Below are positions 37,425 to 50,527 of a DNA stretch of 64,000 bases, one piece after another. Source of the stretch: Lama guanicoe (lineage: Eukaryota). Below the pieces are notes generated by a model. The model saw nothing but the letters and a program-made list of their open reading frames with translations. It searched no databases and was not told where the DNA came from. How positions within the stretch are numbered: position 1 is the stretch's first letter; each line of letters begins with the position of its first letter. The stretch is from positions 6,657,957 to 6,721,956 of the forward strand of contig MU053881.1 in the NCBI GenBank assembly GCA_013239625.1, in the 5' to 3' direction. A program made the translations under genes and the position numbers.

Positions 37425-38498
37425 AATTGTTTATCAAACACCTACTATGTACCAGGGACTCTGCCAAACACTTAACATGCATGCACTTAACATCACATTT
37501 AATTCACTTGACCAGCCCAGGGACAGGGACTAGTTAATTCCTCTTTTACAGTTGAGGGCACTGAAGTGCAGGGAGGTTGGCCAGCTTGCCCAGCAGTGAG
37601 AGGGAAAGCTGGAACTTGAAAGCAGATTCATTTGACATCAGAGGCCATGCAATCAACCACGATGCTCTCCAGCCTCCCTAACTTCAGGGTCAAGGCCGTG
37701 TACTTGAGAGGTGCTGTAGGAGACTTGTGGAAACGCCAGCTCCTCTAGGACAGTAGGACAGGGCTGGGGAGGTCCAGGGTCTAGGACGGAAAGCTCTCTG
37801 AAGCATGGCCAGACCGGGAGCCAGCCCTGCTCCTGTGGGCAGCGAAGGCGGTCATACAAGGGGGTCTGTGTGGGCATCTGTCGCAGGTCACTCAGCCAAC
37901 GGCCCCATCTACCCCCGGAGGAACATTTGCCGGGAATGCATTCGGCTCTAATTTCCTCCATTCACTATGTCATTATGAGCTGAGTTCTGGACTCTGCTGG
38001 GTGCACTGTTGCTTTAGTAACAACAGAACCATCTCTGCCGCAGGGATGGGGGGGGGCACAGGTGTCGCGGGCCTGGAAATGGGCAGGGAGGGTGTGCCTG
38101 GGCGACTTGCGGGTGGAGCTGAACATCTCTGAGCACGGAGGATGGGGAGCACAGGGGCTGAAAGGCTGGGGAGCTGTCATGATTTCAGTCTTTGTTAAGG
38201 CCTTGCTGGGGAGCTAGGTGTCTGGATGTCAGGATGCACCTGGTCAACACCCAAGGGGGTGGGGAGAAATGGGGGGACGTGTTGGGGAATATCGACAAGC
38301 AACAGGCAGTGGATTCATGCTTTCTTCCACCCTTGGGTTCAGGTTCCTGCTCACCCTCTAACTCATGGTGACCTTGGACAAATCCCATCCCCTCTCGGCC
38401 TCAGATTTCCCCTCTGGAAAGTGAGGGAGTCAGACATTCTCTAAGGACACTTCCACCTGTGAAATTTTATGGCTTAGGTAGGCCAAAAGCATATAGTT

Positions 38499-38719
38499 TT
38501 TTGGTAATTAAAAAAATTTTTAATTGAAGTACAGTTTCAATGTGTCAATGTCTGTTGCGCAGCACAATGTCCCAGTCATGCATATACATACATATATTTG
38601 TTTTCATATTTTTTCCCTAAAGATTATTATAGGATATTTAACATAGTTTCCTGTGCTATACAGAAGAAACTCTTTTCTTAAAATCTATTTTTATACACAG
38701 TGGCTAACATTGGTAAGCC
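38499..38719 (-). mobile_element. Short lineage-specific L1 3' UTR insertion (camelid-type) with degenerate TSD
   Basis: T-rich start, 'aattgaagtacagt...cagcacaatgtcccagtcatgcatatacatac...tcctgtgctatacag'; flanks ccaaaagcatatagtt (38483-38498) / ccagaggcatacagtt (38720-38735); GTT/AA endonuclease-like site at a MIR head. Confidence 0.85.
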
Positions 38720-38735
38720 CCAGAGGCATACAGTT

Positions 38736-38940
38736 AAGGGAGCAAGCTCTGAATCCAGATTTTATTTTAAAAGATGATCTTTTGTTTCTGGATTTACCAC
38801 TTACTGGTGGTGTGACCTCAGGCGAGTGACTTTGCCTTTCTGAATCTCAGTTTTCTCACCTGTGAAATATAGATACCAGTGGCTCCTACCTCATAGGGCT
38901 GCTGGGGGTTAAAGGGGAAAATGCCTGTGAAGGGTTAACC
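38736..38940 (+). mobile_element. MIR SINE
   Basis: 'ccacttactggtggtgtgacctcaggcgagtgactttgcctttctgaatctcagttttctcacctgtgaaat'. Confidence 0.8.
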
Positions 38941-41900
38941 CCCTGCAGGATGCTGAGAGCACAGTAAATGGGGGCCACTGTGATGACAGTCATGAAGCCC
39001 CAGGCCGCTCTGCTCTGGGCTGTCAATTTCTTCTCTTTGGGAGGAAGGGGGGACGTTAGGTTTGGGAAACTGCAGACAGAAATGTGGAGCAAGGGAAAGA
39101 AAGCACCTGGATTTCTCTATTACCACTGATTGGAGCTGAAAATAAAACTGAAATTCAGCTAGAAAGAAGGAGCTTGTGAGTCACTAGGGAAAAGAGCCCT
39201 CCGCCAGCCGCCGAGTCCTGTGAGTTGTCCCTCCACATCTTCCTGTCCTTGTCACTGTGACCTTCCTCTCCCTTGGGCTGGGCACCTTCCCCGTGCCTCA
39301 CACTGATTACAAAATTCTCTAAGCTGGTCCCTCGGTCTCCTGAACTGCTCGCTGCTGGATCCTGGTGTTAAGTGCAGCTTTTCTTACATTATCCCCCTGA
39401 GCCCAGACCTTTCACAACTCACAAGCTTCTAGGGTTTGGCATTTCAAGCTTTTCCAAGTTCAGGTCCCAATCTCCCTGCCATTCTTATCTCTAATGGTCC
39501 AGCCTGGCCTCCCAAGACCTCTATGACTGCCGCGAGCAGCCTCTCTGACTTCCTGCTTCAAGCCCCTTCTCTAAACCTAGCATTAATGAAGTAGTTCACG
39601 CATTCATTAATTTATCTCGCCAACAGACGAGAACAGAATTTCTAGGAAGCATAGAGAGCCTGGCATGGCGCTGGCAGCCCATGGCAGACATTACTAACAG
39701 ATCACAACACTCCTTTGCTCGCCAAATTCAGATACAGCCTCAAAACTCTCAAAGAAATTCCTCAGGCAGCCTCTACTTATGAATGAGTTGGCATAACCTG
39801 TATTCCATCTTCAGGCAGTAGAGTCAGACAGATGAGGGCTTCGGCCCCACCCCTATCCCCAGGCCACCGCTTACCCTGCGTGACCTCAGACAAGGCAACT
39901 GTCCATTCTGAGCATCCATATCCTCAATGTTAAACCAGGACAATCATTTTGACCTCATGAGGCTACTGGAGTATTAGGGCTCATAAATACGGAGAGGAAA
40001 CATTGGGGTTTTCTCATGGCTTTTGCCCCATTTGCTCAGAAGCATTCACTGCCCACACGGGTGGGAGGTGTAACTGGAAAGAGATGCTGGTGGTCACTGA
40101 GAAGGGTGAGGAGGAAAGAGAACCCCTAAATAAGTTTGAAGAGAAGATTGCAAATGAAAGACAGGCTGGGCATTGGGGTTTCTGTGTACAGCCTGGCCCG
40201 GGAGCAGCAGAGATTCCAGGAAGATGGGCTGAGACAGCCTCCCACAGTGCCCATGCCCTGGCACAGTGTCCAGAGCAGCGGTCGGTTCCCGAGTGCTGCC
40301 TGGAAGTGCGTGCCTGGGGAGCCGGTAACCCTGATGAGCCCGCCTTTGGGATGGGACAGGGAGGAGGCACTGGTGACTGCCCAAGACCAGATGGGAACAA
40401 GGAGGTCTCTGTATTTGCTGAAGTGGATGAGATCAGCTGAGCTGGGTGCCCTTGACCCCCACTGATGCACTGACCCTGAGTGAGCTTCTCCCCTCCCCAC
40501 CCTCAAGCTCCTGCTCCAAACTTAGATGCAGCTGTTGGAAAAGAAGTTGGGAGAGAAACAGAAAGGACAGAGATTAAGGTCCTGCCACCCAAAGGGATGG
40601 GGGCTCAAAATGGATGTGAAATTCTACATAAAAACTATATACGTTTATATATACATTAGATACAAAAACTAATTGACATTTCCTCCCCTGAATTTGAGAG
40701 CTGCTGTTTGCTCACCACAGATGCAAAGTAGCTGGTGTCTATTCGTATGGCAAGTTTCGCTGCTAATTCTTATTGCTAAGTGAAAGTACTACTAGTGTTT
40801 TTGTTGTGACGATTAAATTAAATAATGTACCCTCCGACACATAGTAGGTGCTCAGTAAATATTAGCTTCTGTGTTTTCCCTTCCCTGTTCATGGAGTTAA
40901 ATCCCTCCCACCCACAGATTCTGAGAACTTTCATTTCCATCATCTGGGCAACAATTCAGGGGCTGAGGAGCCAAGATCTGACTGGCCCACCAGCTCTATT
41001 GTCAAGTACATTTGATTAATTTATTAAATGCTCTGTGCTTTGATAAATTTGGGAATAGCAGGCTTGGAGGCAAATTGCTCCCTTGTAATTCAAGGAAACA
41101 TGCAATCCTTCAATGTTAAGCCTCCAGTAAACTTTGCATTCAGTGTCCCTGGCTCTTCCCCCACATTTAGGACCAGGGCTGTGGACTCTGACTATCCCCG
41201 AGGAAGACTGGCAGGTGAAGGGTGTTATGGAGCCAAGAGGTCTATCCTTAGATTTTCTGGCCTTCTCTCCTGGTTTCTCTTTTCTCGGTCAGCTGGAAAG
41301 CTGGTTCCCGTCTCTTTGGGAACAAGAGACTCCAAAAACCTGCCCCAGATCAATAATCTGGAGTTGATGGGCTATGTGGTCCCCTGGCAATCTTCTTCTG
41401 AGTGGCCACTGCTGTTAATATTTTTTTTTAACAGCCTGGAAAGATGTTAATACACAGAGGAAGGGGCTAGATGCAATACTATACTTGGCAGCATTTATTG
41501 AGCAATTGCTAAGTGTTAGGCTGTGCTGAGTACCTGTATTTTCTCTGCTTCCCATGGCAACCCTGTGAGGAAGGCCTTCTTCCTCATCTTACCAACTAGC
41601 AAAAGGTTCTGGGAGAAGCACCTGCTTATGACTTCCCAACAAGTAAGGGGTGGAGCCACCTGCCACCCAGGGCAAAGCACCTTAGTGAAGATGAACTAGA
41701 AACTGTTACTCAAACCATCTACAAATCACCTGTCATCTGCTCTATATTGTCGGGGCTCCAGGCAGCTGTGAATCTTTCCCATTCCATAGGCGGGTTTAAT
41801 GATCATACAAAGAGCCTTAAATCATTTTCACAAATGAGGTGGCTAAGGCCTTCTCTCACCTCATAATCTCTTCTGCAATATTCATATCCCTTCTAGAGAG

Positions 41901-42479
41901 CTCAGCCTGCACAACCAGAAAGCCATCGAGATGGATTAGCTCCAGGAGCCTTGGCGCACAGGTCGCTACTTTCCCACCTGTGCCCAAGGCAGCCATCATG
42001 AATGATTCACGGATCTCATTTCCACGGAACCCAGAGGTGGCCCCGGAATCCTTCTGAAACAGCTCTTCAGGAAACCATGAATTAAAAGTTGGCACAGGGA
42101 AGTGAAAATCCTATTTGCCGTCGCTGAATGAGAAGACTGCCCAGGGTCCTTCACACTCCGATACCCCCTCGAGGCCGCGTGGTGTGGGAAGTGAACTTTA
42201 GCCCTGAGCTCGGGATTTGCGAGCCCTGTGACCTGGGACAATTCTTCATCCGTAGCATTAGCTCTGTGGCCTCATCTAGTTCTAACAACCCGTGATTCAT
42301 GACAGGTCAACTGATAAGGGCTGGATATGAAGTGACTGCACAAAATTTTGCACCCCAGGCCAAGAAGACACCATTGTCTGGGCGTGATGATACCTACCTC
42401 TAGGCTTAATAAGAAGGCATCTGTGCTAGGCATTTTAATGAGAACTTCAGAGTGCTATTTGAGATGAGGCTCCAGTGAA

Positions 42480-43010
42480 TCACAGTAGAATCATATACTC
42501 AGGACCAAAAGTGCCTCAAAATTTACTTGTGTCACCTGTATCTGACACACGTGAGGTACCAAATGATACCATGGTATAGGGAGGTCTCAAGTGTCAGACA
42601 TTGCCAAGTCTCTGCTTGTATGCCTCCTGCGACAGGGAGATTCCTACTTTTCAGGGCAGCCTGACTTTTTTATTTTTTTTTGACACTTCTGAGTATGTGA
42701 AAGGATATTAAAAAAAAATCCTGGCCTTACTTCATTTCATGGGACCTTGTAACATGGGCTCACACAGGGCCATCAAAGCCTTTTGCCTCTTGATAGATGA
42801 ACAGGTATTTGTAGTTACTTTCCAAGTCTTGTGTTTCTTTACCCCTGCTCCTCCCCTGCCATGTCTTCATGCTAAAACATCCTCAAGTCCCGCCACTGTT
42901 CCTTATATAACAGGGCTCTGAGTATCCATGCCCTGGATACGCCTGGGGGTGTCTATACCAATATCCAACTTGAACACAGCCCTGCAGGCATAGTCTGCTC
43001 AATGTGACGT
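42480..43010 (-). mobile_element. L3/CR1 LINE fragment
   Basis: 'tctctgcttgtatgcctcctgcgacagggagattcctact...ggcagcc' and 'gctaaaacatcctcaagtcc...gttccttatat' resemble CR1/L3 antisense. Confidence 0.55.
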
Positions 43011-44114
43011 GAAGTGGGAGGTGGAGAGGTGGCTGAGGGGCTGGGTCCTGGGGTCAAAGGACTTGGATTTGGACCTCAGCTCTGTGCGACCTTGCATAAG
43101 GGACTTCTCAGACTCTCAACTGCTTTATCTGGACATGAGATTGAAAAGAGTACTTGCCTTATGGGATTAGGTTGGCTAATATGTGCAAAATACACACAGG
43201 CAATGCTCAAGTAACATTAGCTGTTACCACCCTGTCTTTCTAGAGATGGTATTTCTGTTAGTATAAACTAAAGAAATAATTATCCAGCTGTGTTTCTAAG
43301 AAAGTGCAGATCCCTGGGAGCAGCTCTGTCACTTTTAGAGGTGGGACGTGGACCAGTGCATGGTGGGGGAGGGGTAGGGAGGGGGTCAGCCCACCCAAGC
43401 AATTAATGGCCAGGGGACCAAGAGTCAACTCTCCTTAAAGACTCAGAAAATAAAATACAGCAGAGAAGGCTGAGCCCTGGCCTGACAGAACACACCAGGG
43501 ATGTCTATGAACTTGCAAGAAACTCGTTATTTCTTTTTTTCTTTCCCGTTTAGGGCTGTTCATCCCAGGGCATTTAAGAACTGATTCAGGGCAAAGTATG
43601 TGAGCTGGTAATGAGCTTTTGGGATGTTTTTCCCCACTCTGGCAGGGAATCAGAGAAGCAGCTAGCAGGGCTGTCAGAGGAAGGCGAAGAAGCCTGGCTT
43701 TGATTCCTTGTGAGCCACTCTAAGTCCTGGCCCAGCAGGTCTCCCCGCCTCCAAGCTAGGAGCCAAATCTGGCTCTGAGCAGGGGATGAGGAGCCTTGGA
43801 ATTCCAAGAAATCTCTCCGGGCTGTTTGAAGAACCTCAACTTCACTTTGAATTGCTGGAGGACCCAGCAGAGCTCAGCAGGGACCAGAGCCCTAGGAGGG
43901 GAGGTTTGTTATAGCCAGGAGATGCCATTAACTCACGACTTACCCCGCTGGACCAGCATTACAGTGAAGGGATGCCTTCGCTAAAATTGTCCAAGTGCAC
44001 TTTATGACACTGGCAACTGTGGGGTAAGGCCAACTTCTGCCTAATCCTGCAGCAAACAGGCAGGGCTGTTTCTCTGGCCTGCCTGGGGCTGTCTTTGGTG
44101 AATTTTTCATTGTT

Positions 44115-44300
44115 GACTCTCCAAACGTGGTCCATGAACTACCTTCATCCTAACTACTTGAAGTTATTTTTTAAATGCAGATTCCTGGGGTTTTCCCCAG
44201 GCCTGCTAAATCAGATCTCTGGGGCCAAGGTCTAGAATGTTATACACTTAACCAGCTCAACAGGTCTTTTTCAGGCTCATTAGGGTTTCAGAGCCATTGC
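44115..44300. mobile_element. MER5-family hAT MITE
   Basis: 'ccaaacgtggtccatg...ttaaatgcagattcctgggg...ctgctaaatcagatctctgggg...ttcagagccattg'. Confidence 0.75.
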
Positions 44301-44429
44301 ATCTAGATGTAGATGTATTGTGTGCTCAATACATTCTGAGGCTTCTGTGGTTTTCAGAGCAGAGAGATTGTACATAGGGAGGTAGCGAATGTGGATAGAA
44401 AGAGAATAGAGTTTGGAGAGATGCATACC

Positions 44430-44500
44430 TGGGATGTATGCTGCTGAGTTTTGGGGTGATTTGTTACACAGCATTATAGTGACAATTGCTAACTTACTCA
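44430..44500 (+). mobile_element. MLT1 LTR 3' terminus
   Basis: 'ctgagttttggggtgatttgttacacagcattatagtgacaattgctaacttactca'. Confidence 0.7.
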
Positions 44501-44504
44501 AGCC

Positions 44505-44885
44505 ATTTTCAAATTAGCTCACTAGGCTTCACTCATGCTCATCTTTCAGTTTCTCAAACATATAGAGCTTGTTCCCACCTCAGTGCTTTTGATCTTGCTG
44601 GTCCTTCTGCCTGGAATCTCATTCTCCCAGTCTATTCATGATCAGCCCCCTCTCAATATTCATATTTTAGCTCAAACATCCTCCCCTCAGAGAGATTCTC
44701 TTTGACCAGTCTATCTAAGCAGACGTCTCCCCTCCCCAGCCCTCTTTATCTTCTCTACAGCATATATCATTTTTTTGCTTCTACTTTAAGATACCTTATT
44801 GGCTATGATCATTGCTGGGTTCTCATTGCCTAGAACATAGCCTGGCATATAGTGGGCATTCAACAAATATTTGACGACTGAGTAA
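44505..44885 (+). mobile_element. L2 LINE 3' end
   Basis: 'cagtttctcaaaca...cccacctcagtgctttt...ccttctgcctggaat...gcctagaacatagcctggcatatagtgggcattcaacaaatatttg'. Confidence 0.82.
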
Positions 44886-45199
44886 ACTGTGCTACTTCTC
44901 CCAGCACCGCGTGTCTTAGGGAACCACTGCAAGCTCAGAGGGACCCCTTCAATGCCCTCTGATCTGCGGCACTCAGAGACCCCTGTCTAGCTCTTCCACT
45001 ATCCTCAGCCCCCTCCTGAGCACTCACTGCTGTCTGCGAGAGCCCTCTAGTTTTCTTTCCTCCCTTCTCACTCTGTTGGCAGTGGGGACCTTTTCTCCAC
45101 CACCGGGCCCCAGTGTAGAGCACTGCCTGCCTAGCACACAATGGCCCCTCAAGACACACTTGTTGATTGAGGGAATAAACAATATAATGTGTCCTTTGT

Positions 45200-45610
45200 C
45201 CTAACAATTCCACATCTAGTGATTTATCCTTAAGAGGTAATCACACCTGCACCAAATTGTTCACTGAGACATTTTTTTAGGCTAGCATAAAATTCTAAAT
45301 AATCTGAAGTCTGTCAAGAGGAGACTGACAATAAGCTGTGATGTGGAAGAACACGGAGTTTGTAGCCAATATAAATGAAGCTCTTGGTATATGTACATTT
45401 AGGTGACTTCCAAGTTTTTTTTTCTTTATTTTGCTGTAAGTAATACTGCACGGAACATCCTTGTTCTCAAATACACGTGCCCATCTCTCATATACCTTTG
45501 GGATAGACTCCCTAGAATTTGAATGATTTGGGTCAGTTGGTATGAAATGTTTTTAAAACATCTTACATTTTCCAAATACACCATGTTGTTTCCAAAAATT
45601 AATCAACAAA
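45200..45610. mobile_element. Old L1M(E) fragments in opposite orientations
   Basis: Sense 'caattccacatctagtgatttatcct' then antisense 'catttaggtgacttcca...aatactgcacggaacatccttgt...gggatagactccctagaa'. Confidence 0.6.
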
Positions 45611-45689
45611 ATTACCTAGAGTACCTGAGAGAATAATATTTCTTTGTTTCTTTAACCTTTTTTAAATCAAATGAAAACAGCATTGGCCC

Positions 45690-46130
45690 AGAGTCAGAAT
45701 TAACAAGCAAGTCGTTCCATATTAAAAGATTCAGTTAGAATGAAGACAAAGGCATCATATGAGCTCTGACATTCACATGCAACAGACACACAAATGGATT
45801 TCTCACGGGCTCCAGCTTTTGACTCAATGTATCCAGGCAACAGAAGTCTGGATTTAATAACAGATGTTCGCTGCATAGCAATCACCATATAATGCCAGGG
45901 TAGACTAAAACAGCATTTTATCAACCAATAAATGTGCTGTTTGCTTTATTTTACCATGTTGTTCTTCAGTTCCCTTCAAAACCGAGAGGACAGATTGAGT
46001 CACTCGGCATCTGCTGGGAGCAATATGCTTGGCTTCATTTAAAATGAAAAATCAGGTCTGTGTTTACATTTTTCACCAAAGCATGGGATCTGATGTGCTA
46101 ACACTCCCAACCGGGCTAGCCGGAAGGGTT
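45690..46130. promoter_or_regulatory. Candidate conserved non-coding element
   Basis: Repeat-free AT-rich block with aattaac, catattaaa, ccaataaa (HOX13/CDX-like) and tgtttac (forkhead). Confidence 0.35.
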
Positions 46131-46725
46131 TTTAGGAAAATCTCAGGGGAACTGGGACCAACGCAGGAGTCAGTTACCCTTCTGGGAAAGACATATGGTG
46201 GTCCTTCCATTTCAATCAGCCCTACCAGAGGGAGGTCCGGATCTCCCCTACCCGTAGACCAAGTGTGGGCAAAAGGACCCTGCTGGGCTCCTTCTCACAG
46301 CCGGCAGCTTTAGGAACAAGAGTCTACTTTGAAAAGGCCAATCACCCAGCAATGTTTGAATAACAGCCTATGTGTAACCTGTAAATTGATGAATCCACGA
46401 ACATAGTTTTCTGAGGGAAAATGCTTACAAGCTGATAGCCAAGAATAATGTCACTTTAAATCAGTCCAGGTGGACAGAGAGACTAAGTCAGGGAAGACAG
46501 AAACAGACTAACATTTGTCAGGTGTGTACTATGCACCAGGTGGCAGGCTAACTTTTCATATATTATCTCATTTAATGAGCACAGCATCACCCTGAGGCAG
46601 TACTCATTTGTCATCACTTCAGGGGAGGAGGCAGAAGCTTGAAGACTTGAAGTCACTTGCCCAAGCAGCTAACATATGATAAGGGATGGTGTTGGGGTGG
46701 AAGGTCAATCCTATGCTAAACTGGG

Positions 46726-47304
46726 TGTGACTGATTGTGTTTTCCAAAGATACTTGCACCAACAGCTTCCATGTGCTCTTTTAGAACCTTGCCACTTCCC
46801 CATGGAGAGATGGGGTCTATGGTCCCTATCCTTGAAACTGAATGGGCTTTTGTTACCATATCAGCCAGCAGGTGTCCTGGAGGTGATGCTATGTGATGTC
46901 TGAGGCTAGATCTTGAAAGGCAGTATGACTTCTACCATTACTTGCTGGAATACTTGTTCATGACATCTCTAGCTACCATGTAAGCAGTCTGCCTACCCTG
47001 AGGCCACCACCTACTGTGAGGCCCAAACAAGAAGCTTATGGAGAAGCCTACACAGAGAGCAAACAGGTCCCTGACTGTAGCTCTCAGATGACAGCCAGCA
47101 CCAATCTGCCAGCCACATGAGTGAGTCATCTTGAAAGTGGATCTTCAGTGAGTTACCCCTACTGACTCCACATGGAACAGAGACAAGCCATCCCTGCCAT
47201 GCCCTGCACAACTTGCAGACTTGTGAACAAAACAAATGATTTTTGTTGTTTTAAGGTATTGTATTTGGAATGATTTGTTATGCAGCAATAGCTAACTGAT
47301 ATAC
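46726..47304 (+). mobile_element. MaLR LTR, MLT1F/G/H-like
   Basis: 'gattgtgttttccaaagat...gatgctatgtgatgtctgaggctag...ccagccacatgagtgagtcatcttgaaagtggatc...atttgttatgcagcaatagctaactgata'. Confidence 0.88.
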
Positions 47305-47442
47305 CAGTGAACTCAGAAGAGGGTTGATATTGCTCCATTCACTCTCTAATCTTGAGGGCCTGAGTATAACTTTTCAGTAAAAGAAAAAAACATATTTTTT
47401 ATATAACAGTTGTAGGAAAGTGAATTATTAAAGAGAAAGGCC

Positions 47443-47597
47443 GGTCACTGTCTCTCTCTTGCCTTCTGAGACAGTCTGCACTCTGTCTATGGAATATGTA
47501 TCTACTTTTACTTTAACCCCCACCACCATGTACCATCTCTCTAAATAAATCTGCTTTTACTCAAAAAACAAACAAACAAGAAAAAAAAAGAAGAAGA
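47443..47597 (+). mobile_element. Short retroposed ERV-LTR-like (U3/R) transcript end with poly(A) tail and TSD
   Basis: 120-nt body with AATAAA 47544-47549; A-rich tail 47563-47597; flanking agaaaggcc repeat (47434-47442 / 47598-47606); TT/AAAG target. Confidence 0.75.
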
Positions 47598-47949
47598 AGA
47601 AAGGCCAATTGTTAGCAGTCCTCTCCCCCTCCCTCGTCCAGCCCCACACAGGAAAGTCAAGCTAGCATTATGCTTCTAAAGGCTTACTTAGAAAACTTGT
47701 GCTCCCTTTGTCCAGAAGGAGAGAGGATAAAGGGAAGGTGGGCTGAGTGCATGTAAAGGAAGCAAATGGGAAGACTAAGTGAGGGGCAATTTTGAACCAC
47801 TGAGCAGCACAGCCTAAGGGATGGACAGTGGGGATTAGCACACACAAACGCAGTGTAGACACAGGAGTAATATCAAAAAATGGCCACCACCCTAAAAGGA
47901 GGACCTGGTTCCAACTAAAGTTTTGAGTTCTTATTTGACATTCCCCTCT

Positions 47950-49215
47950 CCTCTCAAACTGGGATGGCACCTCCCAAAATAACTGAGGCTGAATTTTCTG
48001 CCAGGATGGCAGGAGGCAATTATACCAGATTATACTGATTCAAAGATATAACATAATTGATATTTTTTGCATCTATTTTTTCTGCTTAAACATGAGTGAC
48101 ATATGCCCTATAAAAGGGGGACATTTTTCAGTAAGTGTTTACTCAAATTATTTTTATCACGTTAATATACACAGACATAAAGCTAAGTATAAAATCCTTA
48201 CTCTTAGAGCTCTTATAGAGCTATAAAATAGAAACAAATTTCCAAATTAAACACAAATAAAGACTGCAAAACCAATAAACTTAAAATTAACAACATTAGT
48301 TGAATGTGAGGTGGTCTGGTTTAAAGGGAACTGCTGCTTGCAGTGTGACTGTGGTGTGGAGATGACTTTTTTTTTTAACATTTTACTTCAGCCTGCTGGT
48401 CGACTTCATGCTATGATGGCTCAAGTCTCTCCTGGAACTATCAGAAAATTGTATTCGATCACATGCAGGCAGTCTAGGTACCTAATTCCTTCTCTCAATT
48501 TTTTTTTTCCTTATTAGCTCATGACAATAAAAATGAAAATGAAAAGAAACCCCAAAATAAACAAATGCCCAACTCAGTTGGAAACATAAATGAAAATATG
48601 GACAGTAAAACCACATTGCATAACTCAGGGGTCAGTGAACTTTTTCTGTCAAAGGCCAAACAGTAAATATTTTTGGCTTTGCAGGCCATATGGTCTCTGT
48701 TGAGACTCTTCAACTCAGCTGTCTTATTGCAAAAAAAGCTCAAGATACTATGCAAACAAATGAGCACGGCTGTGTTTCAATACGAGTTTAGTCATGGATA
48801 TCAAAATTGGAATTTCATAAAATTTTCAAGTGCCATGAAATATTATTCATCTTTTGACTTTCCCCCCAGTGTTTTAAAATTAATTGTAAAAATAATTTTA
48901 ATTAAATTAAATAATTTTAATTAATTGTAAAAATAATTTTAAATTATTCTAAAAATAAAACTAAATGCAAAAATAATTCTTGGCCTGGAGGGCATACAAA
49001 AACAGACTGGCTGTTGATTTGGTCCATGGGCTGTAGGTTGTGGATTCCTGGCATAGACTGTGACAAGAAGGTTACAACTGACGATCTAGAATATTAAATT
49101 GATGTTTAAATGATTTATCATTTAAATGAAAAATTTAAAATTTAAAAAAGGAGTTACCCTTGAGAATCCATAGTCCCTGGAGAATATCTCAAGGATCTGA
49201 AATGAGAGACAGTGC
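47950..49215. mobile_element. Possible old hAT-Charlie element hosting the nested MER58B
   Basis: AT-rich tract bounded by 'ctctcaaactggg' and 'tgagagacagtg', weakly resembling Charlie TIRs; family uncertain. Confidence 0.35.
48626..49050. mobile_element. MER58B-like hAT-Charlie MITE
   Basis: 'caggggtcagtgaactttttctgtcaaaggcca...gtaaatatttttggctttgcaggccata...gggctgtaggttgtggattcctg'; partial 8-bp TSD gcataact/gcatagac. Confidence 0.85.
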
Positions 49216-49479
49216 CCTGGAACATCCCCAGAGAGCCAGCTCACCACGTTGAACAGGGAAAGGAAAATGCAAGAGCTACTGGAGTGGATTTCCTCAGTCC
49301 CACCACAGCATCTCCCTCCCCTTGCAGAGGCAACACAGTAGGTGCATAAGAAAAGTACCAGCAGTGCCCCCAGACCATCCATGGCAGCACTGTAGTAGCT
49401 GCAGCTTCTGCAAAAACCTGTTCCTAGTCCAGCCAGCTTGGAAAAGACTCCGCAGGTCTGTGTCTGGGCTCAGGGTAAG

Positions 49480-49730
49480 ACAATGGTGTTTGAGCTCAGG
49501 AGAGAACCCTGGACACTAAGCTGGCCTCTCTGCTCTTCTGCTTATTGGCTGGATGACCTTGGACTTAACCTCTCCCTGTTTCTTTTCCTTTGTGTGTAAA
49601 ATGGTCATGCTGCCGCCAAGGCTCCTCTACCTCTCTCTCCCCACATACATGAGGAGTGTTAATGAGACTTAAATGAGATAGTATGTGCAATGTGCTGGGC
49701 ACAATACCTGGAATACAACCAGCATTCAAC
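49480..49730 (+). mobile_element. MIR SINE (target of the adjacent L1)
   Basis: 'ggatgaccttggacttaacctctcc...tgtaaaatgg...aaatgagatagtatgtgcaatgtgctgggcaca'. Confidence 0.7.
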
Positions 49731-49744
49731 AAACCGCAGCCATT

Positions 49745-50527
49745 CCATCATTCAAAAGTCCACAAATGACAAATGCTGGAGAGGCTGTGGAGAAAAGGGA
49801 ACCCTCCTACACTCCTGGGGGGAATGCAGTTTGGTGCAGCCACTGTGGAAAACAGGATGGCGATTCCTCAAAAGACTAGGAATAGACTTACTATGTGACC
49901 CAGGAATCCCATTCCTGGGCATGTATCCAGAAGGAACCCTACTTTAAAAAGACACCTGCACCCCAATGTTCATAGCAGCACTATTTACAATAGCCAAGAC
50001 ATGGAAACAGCCTAAATGTCCATCAACAGATGACTAGATAAAGAAGATGTGGTGTATTTATACAATGGAATACTATTCAGCCATAAAAATGACAGCATAA
50101 CGCCATTTGCAGCAACATGGATGTCCCTGGAGAATGTCATTCTAAGTGAAGGAAGCCAGAAAGAGAAAGAAAAATACCATATGAGATCACTCATAAGTGG
50201 ACTCTAAAAAAAAAACATAAATACAAAACAAAAACAGACTCATAGACATAGAATACAAACTTGCGGTTGCCAAGGGGGCGGGGGGTGGGAAGGGACAGAC
50301 TGCGATTTCAAAATTTGTAGATACTGACAGGCATACATAGAATAGATAAACAAGATTATACTGTACAGCACAGGGAAATATATACAAGATCTTGTGGTAG
50401 CTCGCAGCGAAAAAAAATGTGACAATGAATATATGTATGTTCATGTATAATTGAAAGGTTGTGCTCTACACTGGAAATTGACACAACATTGTAAAATGAC
50501 TATCACTCAATAAAAAAGTGTAAAAAA
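49745..50527 (+). mobile_element. Relatively young 5'-truncated L1 (camelid-type), ORF2 C-terminus + 3' UTR + polyA, 14-bp TSD
   Basis: [43 protein letters not shown] (ORF2p Cys-rich domain); AATAAA and A tail; TSD aaaccgcagccatt (49731-49744) / aaatcgcagccatt (50528-50541). Confidence 0.95.

Noticed and set aside
41856..42095. Protein-like minus-strand ORF (FPEELFQKDSGATSGFRGNEIRE...)
   Set aside because: No recognisable homologue and no convincing flanking splice sites; a tBLASTn would settle it
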